From positions 1 to 64,000 of the forward strand of contig JBGSUI010000069.1 of NCBI GenBank assembly GCA_041736175.1: a DNA stretch of 64,000 nt, written 5' to 3'. This DNA comes from Oligoflexales bacterium. Lineage in GTDB: Bacteria; Bdellovibrionota_B; Oligoflexia; Oligoflexales; CAIYRB01. This document shows, piece by piece, positions 9,444-18,552 of the stretch. The notes beneath the pieces were generated by a model, which was not told where the DNA came from, made no database searches, and saw only the letters and a list, made by a program, of their open reading frames with translations. The first letter of the stretch is position 1, and every line of letters starts with the position of its first letter. Position numbers and translations under genes: made by a program.

Positions 9444-10925
9444 ATGCTTCTTAATAAATCTAGTTTTTGTGGCCCTTTTAAAAGGGTCCTGATCGCAAAC
9501 CGTGGTGAGATAGCCCTAAGGATTATCCGTGCCATCCGGGAGATGGGCTTAGAAAGCGTCGCGGTTTATAGCGATGCTGACCAGCATAGCCTCCACCGGT
9601 ACCAAGCGGATTACGCCGTGCGCTTGCCGGGTATGGCCTCTGCGGATACTTATCTGAGGATGGATCTTCTTATCGCTGCCCTTAAGGCCACGGGAGCGGA
9701 TGCCCTTCATCCTGGATATGGTTTTTTGTCAGAAAATTCCCAGTTAGCCCGCGCGGTGATCGAAGCGGGAGCTATTTTTATCGGTCCTCCCCCTGAAGCG
9801 ACAGAACTGATGGGCCATAAGGTCCATGCCCGCAATCTTATGAAAGCCCACGATGTGCCCGTGGTCCCCGGATGCACGGCGCCCCTTAAAGACATTGCCG
9901 ATCTACGGCGTATGGCCCGTGAGATTGGCTATCCCATGATCCTAAAAGCTGCGTCGGGGGGTGGTGGCCGTGGGATGCGTGTGGTGCGCCGGGATGAAGA
10001 CCTCGATCCTTTCTTCCAAGCGTGTACGCGGGAAGCTCAAGCCTATTTTGGTAATCCAGAGGTTTTTTGCGAGCGGTTTATCGAGCATCCCAGGCATATC
10101 GAGTTTCAAGTCCTGTTTGACGGCCATGGTCATGGGGTCCATCTTTTTGAGCGGGACTGCACGGTGCAAAGGCGTCACCAAAAACTCCTGGAAGAGGCTC
10201 CGAGTCCCTACCTGAGCCATGAGCGTCGGATGGCGGTGGGAGAAAAAGCGGTGGCTGCCGCACGGGCCGCAGGATATGTGGGGGCAGGGACCATTGAGTT
10301 TATCTGCGAGAGTCCCGAAAAAATCTATTTCATGGAAATGAATACTCGTATCCAAGTGGAACACCCGGTCACCGAGATGATCACGGGGATTGACTTGATC
10401 AAAGCCCAGCTCCGGGTGGCCCAAGGTCAGCCTTTAGGTCTCAAACAAAATGATATCAAGATCCATGGCTGGGCAATGGAGTCCCGGATCAATGCCGAGG
10501 ATCCCAGCCGCAGCTTTGCACCAAACCCAGGTTTGATTACTGCAGTGTCTTTTCCGGGTGGGCCTTTTGTCCGCACAGACTCCCATATTTATTCTGGATA
10601 CCGCGTCCCTGATGCCTATGACTCCCTCCTCGCGAAATTGATCGTCTGGGGACAAAACCGCGAGGAGGCCATCCAGCGTCTGACGCGGGCCCTAGGAGAG
10701 TTTCGCATCCAAGGTGTGGCGACGACCACACGATTTCACGAAGCACTCCTCCGCCACGAAGGCTTTCGGGCTGGGGCTTTAACAACTAGGTTTATCGAAG
10801 AGAATCAGTCTTACTGGGATCAGTCGTTGACGCCTGAGACCAATCTCGATGCTGGAGATTTAGCAAAAGCTGCTTTAGCGTTGAGTTCAGACCCTAGTGC
10901 AGGAGGCCAAGACCATGCGGTTTAA
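9444..10925 (+). CDS. accC: Biotin carboxylase subunit
   Basis: LIANRGEIA, HPGYGFLSEN, GGGGRGM and FMEMNTRIQVEHPVTE motifs. Confidence 0.95.
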   Translation: MLLNKSSFCGPFKRVLIANRGEIALRIIRAIREMGLESVAVYSDADQHSLHRYQADYAVRLPGMASADTYLRMDLLIAALKATGADALHPGYGFLSENSQLARAVIEAGAIFIGPPPEATELMGHKVHARNLMKAHDVPVVPGCTAPLKDIADLRRMAREIGYPMILKAASGGGGRGMRVVRRDEDLDPFFQACTREAQAYFGNPEVFCERFIEHPRHIEFQVLFDGHGHGVHLFERDCTVQRRHQKLLEEAPSPYLSHERRMAVGEKAVAAARAAGYVGAGTIEFICESPEKIYFMEMNTRIQVEHPVTEMITGIDLIKAQLRVAQGQPLGLKQNDIKIHGWAMESRINAEDPSRSFAPNPGLITAVSFPGGPFVRTDSHIYSGYRVPDAYDSLLAKLIVWGQNREEAIQRLTRALGEFRIQGVATTTRFHEALLRHEGFRAGALTTRFIEENQSYWDQSLTPETNLDAGDLAKAALALSSDPSAGGQDHAV

Positions 10926-11514
10926 AATCAAATTATCCAAAGACCCTGTCGACCCTGTCGAACCTATCTCCAACAAAAGTCAACTCCTGGAGGCATCCTG
11001 GCCTCGCAGTGCGGGGGAGCGGTTTCTTGTGGAAATTCCCTCTAAAACTCCACAAGGTGTGCACTACAACAGTCATCTTGGGGTGATCACCCTTGAATCC
11101 ACGTCTGACAGTGGGCTTGTTGTGGAACGGATGCTACGGGTTCGCCATAAAACCTGCCAATGGAACCAGGAGACCGGAGAAACCACAGTCCAAGCGGAGA
11201 TCGTGACGAGCCGCAGTGGCTGCCTCGAAGCTCGCGTTGGTTTTGATCTCCCCGAAAACGGACAGTCTGAAGCCAAGGCGAGGGAAAAGGCCAAAAAACA
11301 GGTGATCCGCTCCCAGATGACAGGCAAGGTCCTCCAAGTCTTAGTGGAACCGGGGTCCATGGTCACACCTGAAACAGCTTTAATCGTGATCGAAGCCATG
11401 AAGATGGAAAACCGGGTTTTTGCGTCTCGCCCAGGCAAAGTGACCACTGTGGCGGTCAAGTCGGGGGATTTGATCCAAAGTGGGCGGGAGCTTTTGGTGA
11501 TCGATGCTTCCTAA
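10915..11514 (+). CDS. Biotin carboxyl carrier protein
   Basis: EAMKME biotinylation motif; AGGAGG RBS before ATG 10915. Confidence 0.9.
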   Translation: MRFKIKLSKDPVDPVEPISNKSQLLEASWPRSAGERFLVEIPSKTPQGVHYNSHLGVITLESTSDSGLVVERMLRVRHKTCQWNQETGETTVQAEIVTSRSGCLEARVGFDLPENGQSEAKAREKAKKQVIRSQMTGKVLQVLVEPGSMVTPETALIVIEAMKMENRVFASRPGKVTTVAVKSGDLIQSGRELLVIDAS

Positions 11515-12199
11515 GATCGAATCCATTCCCGGGTCCTATGAACTTTGGCAGTCCCAGGTATCCTCTCCTTGGGCTACGGTAAGCCAGGACGAAGTCCAAT
11601 GGGGTCTAGCCGAAACCAATCGGCGGGTCATCCAGTGCAGCCGCTGCCCGGAACTCGCCCAGACCAGGACCAAAACAGTTTTTAGTTCTGGCGTGCCTTT
11701 TTTAGCTTCAGGAAGCCCGTCCCTCTGTCTTGTGGGGGAGGCCCCTGGATACTACGAAGACCAATCAGGGGAGCCCTTTGTGGGCGATGCTGGGGAGCTT
11801 CTTACCCGCATTTTAGGGAGCATCGGTTTAAGTCGTGACAAGGTCTATATCTGCAACGTGCTCAAATGCCGTCCCCCCCAAAATCGCAAGCCCCTTCCTG
11901 CTGAGGTGAGCAACTGCCAGGGGTATCTGTGGACCCAGTTGTCCGTGGTGAGACCACCGGTTATTGTTTGTTTGGGGAGTACGGCAGCCTTTGGCGTCTT
12001 AGGGCTTGCCCAATCCGTGACCTCGCTCCGGGGTAAAACCTTTCAGTTTCAATCGATCCCTGTCATCTGCACCTATCACCCTGCTTATCTGCTTCGACAT
12101 GGTGAAGCGAAACGGGAAGTATGGGAAGATATGAAGCGGGTTAAGCTGCTTCTTATGGCAGCAGCGGCAGGGAGTCCTAGCGGTGCAGACAAGTCCTAG
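11504..12199 (+). CDS. udg: Uracil-DNA glycosylase, family 4
   Basis: CxxC, GEAPG, KCRPP.NR and YHPAYLLR motifs. Confidence 0.93.
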   Translation: MLPKIESIPGSYELWQSQVSSPWATVSQDEVQWGLAETNRRVIQCSRCPELAQTRTKTVFSSGVPFLASGSPSLCLVGEAPGYYEDQSGEPFVGDAGELLTRILGSIGLSRDKVYICNVLKCRPPQNRKPLPAEVSNCQGYLWTQLSVVRPPVIVCLGSTAAFGVLGLAQSVTSLRGKTFQFQSIPVICTYHPAYLLRHGEAKREVWEDMKRVKLLLMAAAAGSPSGADKS

Positions 12200-12746
12200 A
12201 CCTTTTTTTAATTCCCGACAACTCGGCGAGGATTTTGGGAAATGTCGGACCTTTGCCGATAAAATAGCGCTTTGGGGCGCCACGGGCGGAGGCCTGGGGT
12301 ATTTTAGGACCGCTCCTGGGACTTGGGGGTCGCTGCCTGGGATCCCTTTAGGGATCTGCTTTTTTCAGGTCAGTGCGGATCGAGGCGAACCCTGGTCGAT
12401 CCTCCTTTTGGTGGTTTTGATTCTGGTGGGGGTTTTTGCGGCGTTCTGGAGCATCAGCAGGACAGAACGGCTTTTGGGACTTCACGATGAGCCGCGGATT
12501 GTCGCCGATGAGGTGATCGGCCAGGCCATCGCCCTCTGCTCTGTAAGCCCGACACTTCTGAGTCTTATCATTGGTTTTGTGTTGTTTAGGACTTTGGATA
12601 TCCTAAAGCCTGGCCCTATTGGCTACCTTGACCGCGATGTCCAGGGACCCTGGGGGACTCTTCTCGACGATGTGTTGGCGGGAGGAGTCACGGCTCTGGT
12701 GCTGATAGGTCTCCAAATCATGGGGCTTTTAGAAGGTCTCCCCTAA
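12183..12746 (+). CDS. pgpA: Phosphatidylglycerophosphatase A
   Basis: APGTWGS, HD..IVADEV.G, FR.LDI.KP and LDDVLAG motifs. Confidence 0.93.
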   Translation: MQTSPRPFFNSRQLGEDFGKCRTFADKIALWGATGGGLGYFRTAPGTWGSLPGIPLGICFFQVSADRGEPWSILLLVVLILVGVFAAFWSISRTERLLGLHDEPRIVADEVIGQAIALCSVSPTLLSLIIGFVLFRTLDILKPGPIGYLDRDVQGPWGTLLDDVLAGGVTALVLIGLQIMGLLEGLP

Positions 12747-12848
12747 AAGTTGATCAGTGTTGTTTAGATCTGCCGCTCAGACCAAAGACTATGGAGTCGA
12801 AAGGCGCTCGCGCGGATGAGTAGGCAAAAGTCACTCCGAGTCCGAGTC

Positions 12849-12865
12849 GTTCGTTCCGGGGCGAC
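12849..12865. repeat. Palindromic CCCGGG-type motif, copy downstream of the HNH gene
   Basis: GTTCGTTCCGGGGCGAC; copies at 13220-13236 and 14206-14221. Confidence 0.85.
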
Positions 12866-12873
12866 GCGTACCT

Positions 12874-13950
12874 CTAGAGAGTTAGATCCCACTCCTGCCT
12901 CTTTTTCGCCCAGAATACCTCTCCCAACCTTTCCCTCGCCGAAAGCTGATTGTGGTGCCGACAGGTAAGGGCTAGATTTTCTACATCGTGGGTACCCCCA
13001 TGACAGTGCATTGTCTGGACGTGATCGAGCTCTAACATAATTGTTTCCTTACACCGACTCCCATCCACTTCTGTCCAAGTGCAGCGTCCTCCGTCCCGGT
13101 ACCAAACCTCATGGCGAACGGCCATGGGAATTGCAGACCTGTGTTTTTTCGCAGCTGGTGCGACCTCTGGAGTCACTGAATCTGGGACCGGTGTTACCGG
13201 GACCACTGTCTCGGTCGCCGTTCGTCCCGGGGCGACAGCCTCGTCGGAGGTCTTCCCCTGGTCCTTCTTTTGTTGTCGCTGTTTTGCCCTCTCAGCTTTG
13301 AGCAATGGATCACGATGTTGGAGGAGATCCCCTAAAGCACTGATAACCACCTCAGCATTTTTTGGTACATGACCGCCATGGGACAACACTTCCCGGGCAC
13401 GGTCCAAAAGTGCCATCTCTTCAACAGTTAAAGTCAAAGTTATTTGAACGGTCTCTTGTCCTGGCAACAGGGTCCCCTTGTGAGTGACCCTCGATAGAAA
13501 AGCTTCACATTCCCGTTTGGTTTTATTTCTGATTCCCTCTAAAATAAGGTCGGCATTTGCTTCGGTTATTTTACCCCAGACCATGGCAAGTTGCGAGACG
13601 TGGGTTTGTCCCGTTTTGAATAACTCCACGAATGCGGGAAAACGGGCGAGGAGTTTGGCTGCTTGGAGTCTTTTCCAGAAAACATCTGGCGTAAGTCCGA
13701 GTGCTTCAATATATTGGTCTCGGGTGAGCCGGAGATTGCTGGCAGCGTTTTCTCGGTCAAGCTGATAGAGCACCCTCATTGAATCAAGCACCCTATCGTG
13801 CTCTGTTTGATGGAGCAAAACAGCTTTTTGAAAAAGCCGGCGCAGAAGCACGCGGATGTCAGAGGTGGTTTCGGACTCGTCACAACCTTTTGGAAGTGCA
13901 AGGATTTTTGAGAGGGTTTCACTTGATATCATGTTACTTTTCTCGCTCAT
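12874..13950 (-). CDS. HNH endonuclease with a long helical N-terminal (DUF222-like) region
   Basis: IP..VR.EVW.RDGGRC..C..LELDH..GG..NL..TCRHHN. Confidence 0.85.
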   Translation of the reverse strand: MSEKSNMISSETLSKILALPKGCDESETTSDIRVLLRRLFQKAVLLHQTEHDRVLDSMRVLYQLDRENAASNLRLTRDQYIEALGLTPDVFWKRLQAAKLLARFPAFVELFKTGQTHVSQLAMVWGKITEANADLILEGIRNKTKRECEAFLSRVTHKGTLLPGQETVQITLTLTVEEMALLDRAREVLSHGGHVPKNAEVVISALGDLLQHRDPLLKAERAKQRQQKKDQGKTSDEAVAPGRTATETVVPVTPVPDSVTPEVAPAAKKHRSAIPMAVRHEVWYRDGGRCTWTEVDGSRCKETIMLELDHVQTMHCHGGTHDVENLALTCRHHNQLSARERLGEVFWAKKRQEWDLTL

Positions 13951-14205
13951 TATGGACGTTTTGGGTGTCGAGACCTTGTCGAAAAAATTTATAACATGGT
14001 GTGTAAAAGTCCATTTCGCTGGGAGTCTGCGGTCTTTTTTAAAAGCGAGATTCGAAGCGGCAAATTTGTTTAAGGAGCGATCTTAGTCGATTTGAGCTAA
14101 AAAAATCAGCTAATCTCCTGCAGAGGCTCATATAAGAGCTGTTTTGTAAGCCCCTAAACCCGTCAAGCTTTTTATGAAAAATTCCAAGAATTTTTTAAGA
14201 ACCTT

Positions 14206-14338
14206 GTTCGTCCCGGGGCGATCGACCCCGGAAGCTGCGGTCCGAGATCCCGTGACTTCAGGGGTGGAGCCCCTTGGGAAAAAATAAAGGTCGGCAATTC
14301 CAAGGACCGTTCGCCACGAGGTTTAGTCCCGGGACGAA
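14206..14338 (+). pseudogene. Inverted, diverged fragment of the HNH gene bounded by 11-bp inverted repeats
   Basis: 14227-14336 aligns ungapped with the reverse complement of 13092-13201 (85/110 by hand), with in-frame stops. Ends are TTCGTCCCGGG and CCCGGGACGAA. Confidence 0.85.
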
Positions 14339-14547
14339 TCAGTTGGGAAAATGTAGGCTCCATCGAGCCAACTTTGTATTTTTTACATTTTACAAAGAGA
14401 ACCTCGATTTTTTTAATTTATTCGATACCTACTATCTGAACGGTGTTAGCCTTTGCTCGTTGTGCCCATTTTAGACACTGTTCGAAGAATAAACAGCGGG
14501 TCCCGTCAAAAATTCTGTAACGCTCTTGATTTCATACTCAGGTAAAC

Positions 14548-14563
14548 TGGTATGTAATTTGCA
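14548..14563 (+). promoter_or_regulatory. sigma54 promoter
   Basis: TGGTATGTAATTTGCA, 69 nt upstream of ATG 14632. Confidence 0.55.
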
Positions 14564-14631
14564 TGGTTACTGGGAATAAATGAATTTATTTCAAATGATC
14601 AGCCACCAAATCACTAGATGAAAGGGCACAT

Positions 14632-14990
14632 ATGTAAAAATTCGATTTGATAGCTTCGGTAATTTTAGTAGGTGGTCTGTTTGGGGCGATCGCCTGTAGC
14701 AATTCTAGTTTTAGCGGAAATTCGAGAGATAAAGAGCAAAGCACTCCCATACCAAAATAGATGAACTGGATGGCAAATTTATTGCTAGTGCAGTCCAAGG
14801 GATATGTCTTCGTGACGTAGGATCTACTGTTTTTGAGGGGGCTCGCAATGGTGATCAAATATCATTCCGATTTTACGCCGAATTAAACCCCCTTGAACCG
14901 GAGTTTTATAAAGGTACTTTTTCACCCTATAAGATCGAACTAAATGTAGAGGCAATGGTCGTAGTCCTTACACGTAAAGCCTATAGGTAA
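14632..14990 (+). pseudogene. Disrupted lipoprotein gene
   Basis: M*KFDLIASVILVGGLFGAIAC..., frameshift near 14755 into IDELDGKFIAS...RKAYR*. Confidence 0.6.
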
Positions 14991-15259
14991 ATCAATTCAG
15001 GGCTGACGCAACCAGCCCGTCAAAGCGAATTCTCCTTGTTCACACTTTTCTTTGCTCCGTCTTAGCTGACCAAATGGAGTTTCATGGGAAACGGTGATGG
15101 CTCCATTGTCCGCTGTAGGGAGCGGCGGGAGCATCGGAAATTTGGTGTCCATAGGTCCAGCGCGTGATACTGCTGGGGAAAGTTTGATCTATGGTACCTA
15201 GGCATTCCATGGGTACGACTGTTAACGAGCTTTTAAAGGCCGATTATGGCTAAAGATGC

Positions 15260-15304
15260 TGTACTCCCCTGAACAACCCTGGATACTGCACTTCATCTTG
15301 CACC
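15260..15304. repeat. Exact 45-bp duplicate of the YgiT gene 5' end (15636-15680)
   Basis: TGTACTCCCCTGAACAACCCTGGATACTGCACTTCATCTTGCACC at both positions. Confidence 0.95.
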
Positions 15305-15447
15305 TCTTGCCATTGGGAAAGCATTTGATTCATGATTTCATCAGTTTATACCCGAATGCGAGCTATCAGTGGTTAGGCGCCTCTTTAGGGCGGGGTAGTT
15401 GACGATTAGAATCAGTTTGTTGTCCCAGAGACTGAGTGTTAAATCAT

Positions 15448-15672
15448 TTAGCCGAACCTATAGAGAGGTACATGCTCCTTTGGCGGCAGCGTTGAATTCA
15501 GCAGCGCCTTTATCGCTTTGGTGGTATCGGCGGAAAAAATCATATCACCACAGACGTCGCAGACGAGCGCTGGGATACCGTCGATGACGAGCAGATGTTC
15601 GTCTCTATTGAAGGACTGGTTAACTCGCTTATTGATGTACTCCCCTGAACAACCCTGGATACTGCACTTCAT
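15448..15672 (-). CDS. YgiT-type zinc finger protein (MqsA-like antitoxin N-domain)
   Basis: MKC..GC..vidgiPAlvCdvCGd pattern, 74 aa. Confidence 0.8.
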   Translation of the reverse strand: MKCSIQGCSGEYINKRVNQSFNRDEHLLVIDGIPALVCDVCGDMIFSADTTKAIKALLNSTLPPKEHVPLYRFG

Positions 15673-15714
15673 CTTGCACCGTCATCGCGCAATTTTGGGG
15701 CTATTTTTGGGCTG

Positions 15715-15912
15715 TCACTTGTCACGGCTTGACTCTACTAAACTATTTTTACTGCACTTTTCGACAAAGTCCCGAATCCACTCATCGACGAGGTGAGAAG
15801 GCTTTAGATCCCTATCTTTGCAGATTTCCTGAAAAAGAACGAACGACGCGGTTTCAAGCATGAGGGTCCGAGGGCTCTTTTCCTTGCTCCTTAGGCGGGT
15901 TACAGCGCTCAT
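15715..15912 (-). CDS. Small putative ribbon-helix-helix-like DNA-binding protein
   Basis: KSPRTLML..F.EICKDRDLKPSHLVDEWIRDFV pattern; probable ATG at 15912. Confidence 0.45.
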   Translation of the reverse strand: MSAVTRLRSKEKSPRTLMLETASFVLFQEICKDRDLKPSHLVDEWIRDFVEKCSKNSLVESSRDK

Positions 15913-16123
15913 AAGAGCGTCGTCCTGCTTTGGTTTTTGGCCCCTCCCGACCTCCCATTCGAATTCTGCTCGGCACACCATAGATAATACTTTAGAAAAA
16001 CATTTAAAATCAAGCGTATGAAAAAGTTTAAAGTTATACGTATGAAATTCCTTAGAGTCTTATGTTGGGCAATACTTTTCACGAATGCTAAATGCGAAAG
16101 GTCGCAATTTATGTCCATTTTAT

Positions 16124-16253
16124 GCGCTTTGGGGCGCTACTGGCGGTGGACTCGGTTATTTAAAGACTGCTCCTGGGACTTGGGGGTCTCTGCCCGGATT
16201 GCCCTTAGGTCTCCAAATCATGGGGCTTTTTTTTAAAAGGCCTCCCCTAAAAG
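16124..16253 (+). pseudogene. pgpA: Internally deleted pgpA copy
   Basis: 16124-16209 matches 12267-12352 (71/86). Joined at TAGG to 16206-16253, which matches 12706-12749. Confidence 0.9.
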
Positions 16254-16329
16254 GGGATATTGCGTCCAGGGGAAGATTCCCTCAAAAAATCAATAGCAAC
16301 TATCAAAAGATTGCGAGTGAACCCTCAGA

Positions 16330-16725
16330 TCAGCTGGTCCAATCTTCGGTTTTAAGGTTTTCAACCCTTTGAAAATCGCTATCGTGAGTCACGAGCACAA
16401 GGTTTTGTGAGAGAGCGTGCGCTGCGATGAAAAGATCCTGTGGACCTATTGGGGTCCCTTTTTTCTCAAGGGTTGCTCGAAGCTTTCCATAAACAACGGC
16501 AGCCTCAAAATCAAAACCCAATACATCGAATGGCGTTAAAAAACTCTCCAAAGCTTTCTTGGCTTTTTCCGCTGCCTGACTCTTATTGGCCCCCGCATAC
16601 AGCTCGGCCACAGTGATGGAGGAGAGACAGACATCGATCGGCACTTTCATATAAAGTGTTTTTTCAAGCGCTGGGTACTTCCCTTTAATAAGGTAAATGC
16701 AGATATTTGTGTCAAGCATGAACAT
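16330..16725 (-). CDS. vapC: VapC PIN-domain toxin
   Basis: MLDTNICI, AEL..G and GTPIGPQDLFIAAHA..LVTHD motifs. Confidence 0.95.
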   Translation of the reverse strand: MFMLDTNICIYLIKGKYPALEKTLYMKVPIDVCLSSITVAELYAGANKSQAAEKAKKALESFLTPFDVLGFDFEAAVVYGKLRATLEKKGTPIGPQDLFIAAHALSQNLVLVTHDSDFQRVENLKTEDWTS

Positions 16726-16955
16726 TAAAAGTTCTCTCTTTCCTTCAGCGGGGCCTGCTCTCTGCCATCTTTCATGAAATCATCGGGAAACATCGTAAGG
16801 CTCATCCGCAAGTTAGCCCAAGGGTCTGCGGTAGGGATAAGCACTACAGCATTCCCAAGCCGCTTAACGTAGACTTCGGTCCCCTCGAAGCGAAACTCTT
16901 TGGGCAGGCGCACGGCCTGTGAGCGTCCATTATTGAAGAGTTTGCCGATATTCAT
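16725..16955 (-). CDS. vapB: VapB/VagC (AbrB-like) antitoxin
   Basis: LFNNGRSQAVRLPKEFRF; 1-nt overlap with vapC. Confidence 0.95.
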   Translation of the reverse strand: MNIGKLFNNGRSQAVRLPKEFRFEGTEVYVKRLGNAVVLIPTADPWANLRMSLTMFPDDFMKDGREQAPLKERENF

Positions 16956-16971
16956 TGTGCTGCCTCCATAG

Positions 16972-16991
16972 TATATATCAAATGATATATA
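16972..16991. promoter_or_regulatory. Probable VapBC operator
   Basis: Perfect inverted repeat TATATATCA-AA-TGATATATA upstream of vapB. Confidence 0.65.
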
Positions 16992-17144
16992 TCTTTATCG
17001 GATTAAGCAAGTCGGTACTTAAGCTAAAAGAATATGTTTTAATTAAGTATTTAATATTATTCATTATCGCAGGGTGGCATTTATAAGATCTCTAAGGACC
17101 TGCTGCTCGACAAACTACATTCGATGATAGGATCGAGGTACAAT

Positions 17145-17187
17145 CCTTGGGGAACCCTTCTCGATGATGTGGTGGCGGGAAGAGTCA
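17145..17187 (+). pseudogene. pgpA: Additional pgpA fragment
   Basis: 37/43 identical to 12648-12690 (PWGTLLDDVVAG). Confidence 0.85.
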
Positions 17188-17198
17188 GTATAAATGAA

Positions 17199-18326
17199 TC
17201 AGTAGTAAAGTATAGGTGTGCCTTTTACTGACCTAAATCCTTTGACTGTGCATTGCCATTTCAAAGGAAGGCTGGTTTCTGATATGTCGGTACCCGTAAA
17301 ATCAGCTTTCAAGAGATTCGTATTACCCATCAGACTATGTTTAAGTGAGGCATTTGTAAAGTCTGCATGATTTAAATTGGCATGCCCAAAGAAGGAATGC
17401 TCAAGTGTGGCATTCTGAAAATCACCGCTCTCAATACTATAAGTACTAAATGTAGTCCATTTGAAGACCGCGTTTTTAAAAATTGCATTTTTCATTTTCG
17501 TGTATTCAAAATTTGCATGAGTACCTTTAGCGTCTTGAAAGTCTGCACCTTCAAGGTCTGATTCGCCCAAAATAGAGGTACGATCAAGAACAGAATTTCT
17601 AAGGATCGCCGACTTTAACTCGGATTTGATAATTGTGGTTTTCGTTAGATTAGCATTATCGAACATTGCTTTATTTAGCTTGACTACTTTGAACCTTGCA
17701 CTTTGAAGTTTACTGTTCCTAAAATTCGCCTCGTTAAGGGAGATGAAGAAGAAATCGATACGATTTAGGTTGGCACCCTCAAAATTTGCATGATCAAGGT
17801 TCAAATCCGAAATGGTAAGATTTTGCAGGTCCATGGCACTAAGATCTAGGTAGCTAAGTTCCGCGCTTTTGAGGAGGTTGTTGTCTAGATCCCTCAAATT
17901 TAGGCCTTTGGCCCTGTTAAATTTTGTTTTTGAAACTTTTGCACCCTTGACATGGGCCTTCGTAAGGTCAGCACCATCGAGGTTAGCAGCTTCAAGATTA
18001 ACATCTTTAAGATTAGCACCGACGAGGCTGGCTCCCGAAAGGATGGCATTTTTAAGATTTGCACCTTGCAAGTTAACCATATCTAGATCGCTATCTTTTA
18101 GGTTAGCACCTTCGAGATCTGCGCAAACAAGGCTTCTGAAGCTAACGAGGTTGATGTTTCGAAGATCAGCACCCTTTAAGCTGAACCTAGGAACTTTACT
18201 GCAGTCTATATCGGCAGCATTCATTGAATCGCTCTCTAATTTTGATGCGGGCGTTCCTTGATGACATCCGCTTATCATAAGGCAACTTACAACCCAAAGT
18301 TTTAAAAATATTATATTTAAATCCAT
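17199..18326 (-). CDS. Pentapeptide-repeat lipoprotein
   Basis: Many A[DN][LF]xx repeats; lipobox ISGC. Confidence 0.9.
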   Translation of the reverse strand: MDLNIIFLKLWVVSCLMISGCHQGTPASKLESDSMNAADIDCSKVPRFSLKGADLRNINLVSFRSLVCADLEGANLKDSDLDMVNLQGANLKNAILSGASLVGANLKDVNLEAANLDGADLTKAHVKGAKVSKTKFNRAKGLNLRDLDNNLLKSAELSYLDLSAMDLQNLTISDLNLDHANFEGANLNRIDFFFISLNEANFRNSKLQSARFKVVKLNKAMFDNANLTKTTIIKSELKSAILRNSVLDRTSILGESDLEGADFQDAKGTHANFEYTKMKNAIFKNAVFKWTTFSTYSIESGDFQNATLEHSFFGHANLNHADFTNASLKHSLMGNTNLLKADFTGTDISETSLPLKWQCTVKGFRSVKGTPILYY

Positions 18327-18391
18327 TATCGCGCCTTTCTAAAAGAAAACATTAAAGAGTTTACTCATCTTTGACATCTGCTTCCAGTGAC

Positions 18392-18407
18392 TGCAATATT
18401 CAGTCCA
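18392..18407 (-). promoter_or_regulatory. sigma54-like promoter
   Basis: TGGACTGAATATTGCA, 66 nt upstream of the start. Confidence 0.55.
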
Positions 18408-18552
18408 AAGGGGATAGGTGGGACTTTTTAAATTTCTTCTTCTGGTAAGTATTTAAAAAAATACTAATATTTCATTCTCTGGGAGATATAAGAATCCGAG
18501 CCGTTCACTTACTCATAGTGAATTTTTTTTTCAATTGTCGACAATTTGGAAT

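Noticed and set aside
12874..13950. IscB/Cas9-like RNA-guided nuclease
   Set aside because: No recognisable RuvC motifs or PLMP N-terminus; only a C-terminal HNH.
13092..14336. DGR template/variable repeat pair
   Set aside because: Mismatches are not adenine-specific and no reverse transcriptase is in the window.
16085..16372. 95-aa ORF as a real gene
   Set aside because: Chimeric read-through of the deleted pgpA fragment.
17869..18261. Plus-strand repetitive ORF
   Set aside because: Antisense shadow of the pentapeptide-repeat gene.
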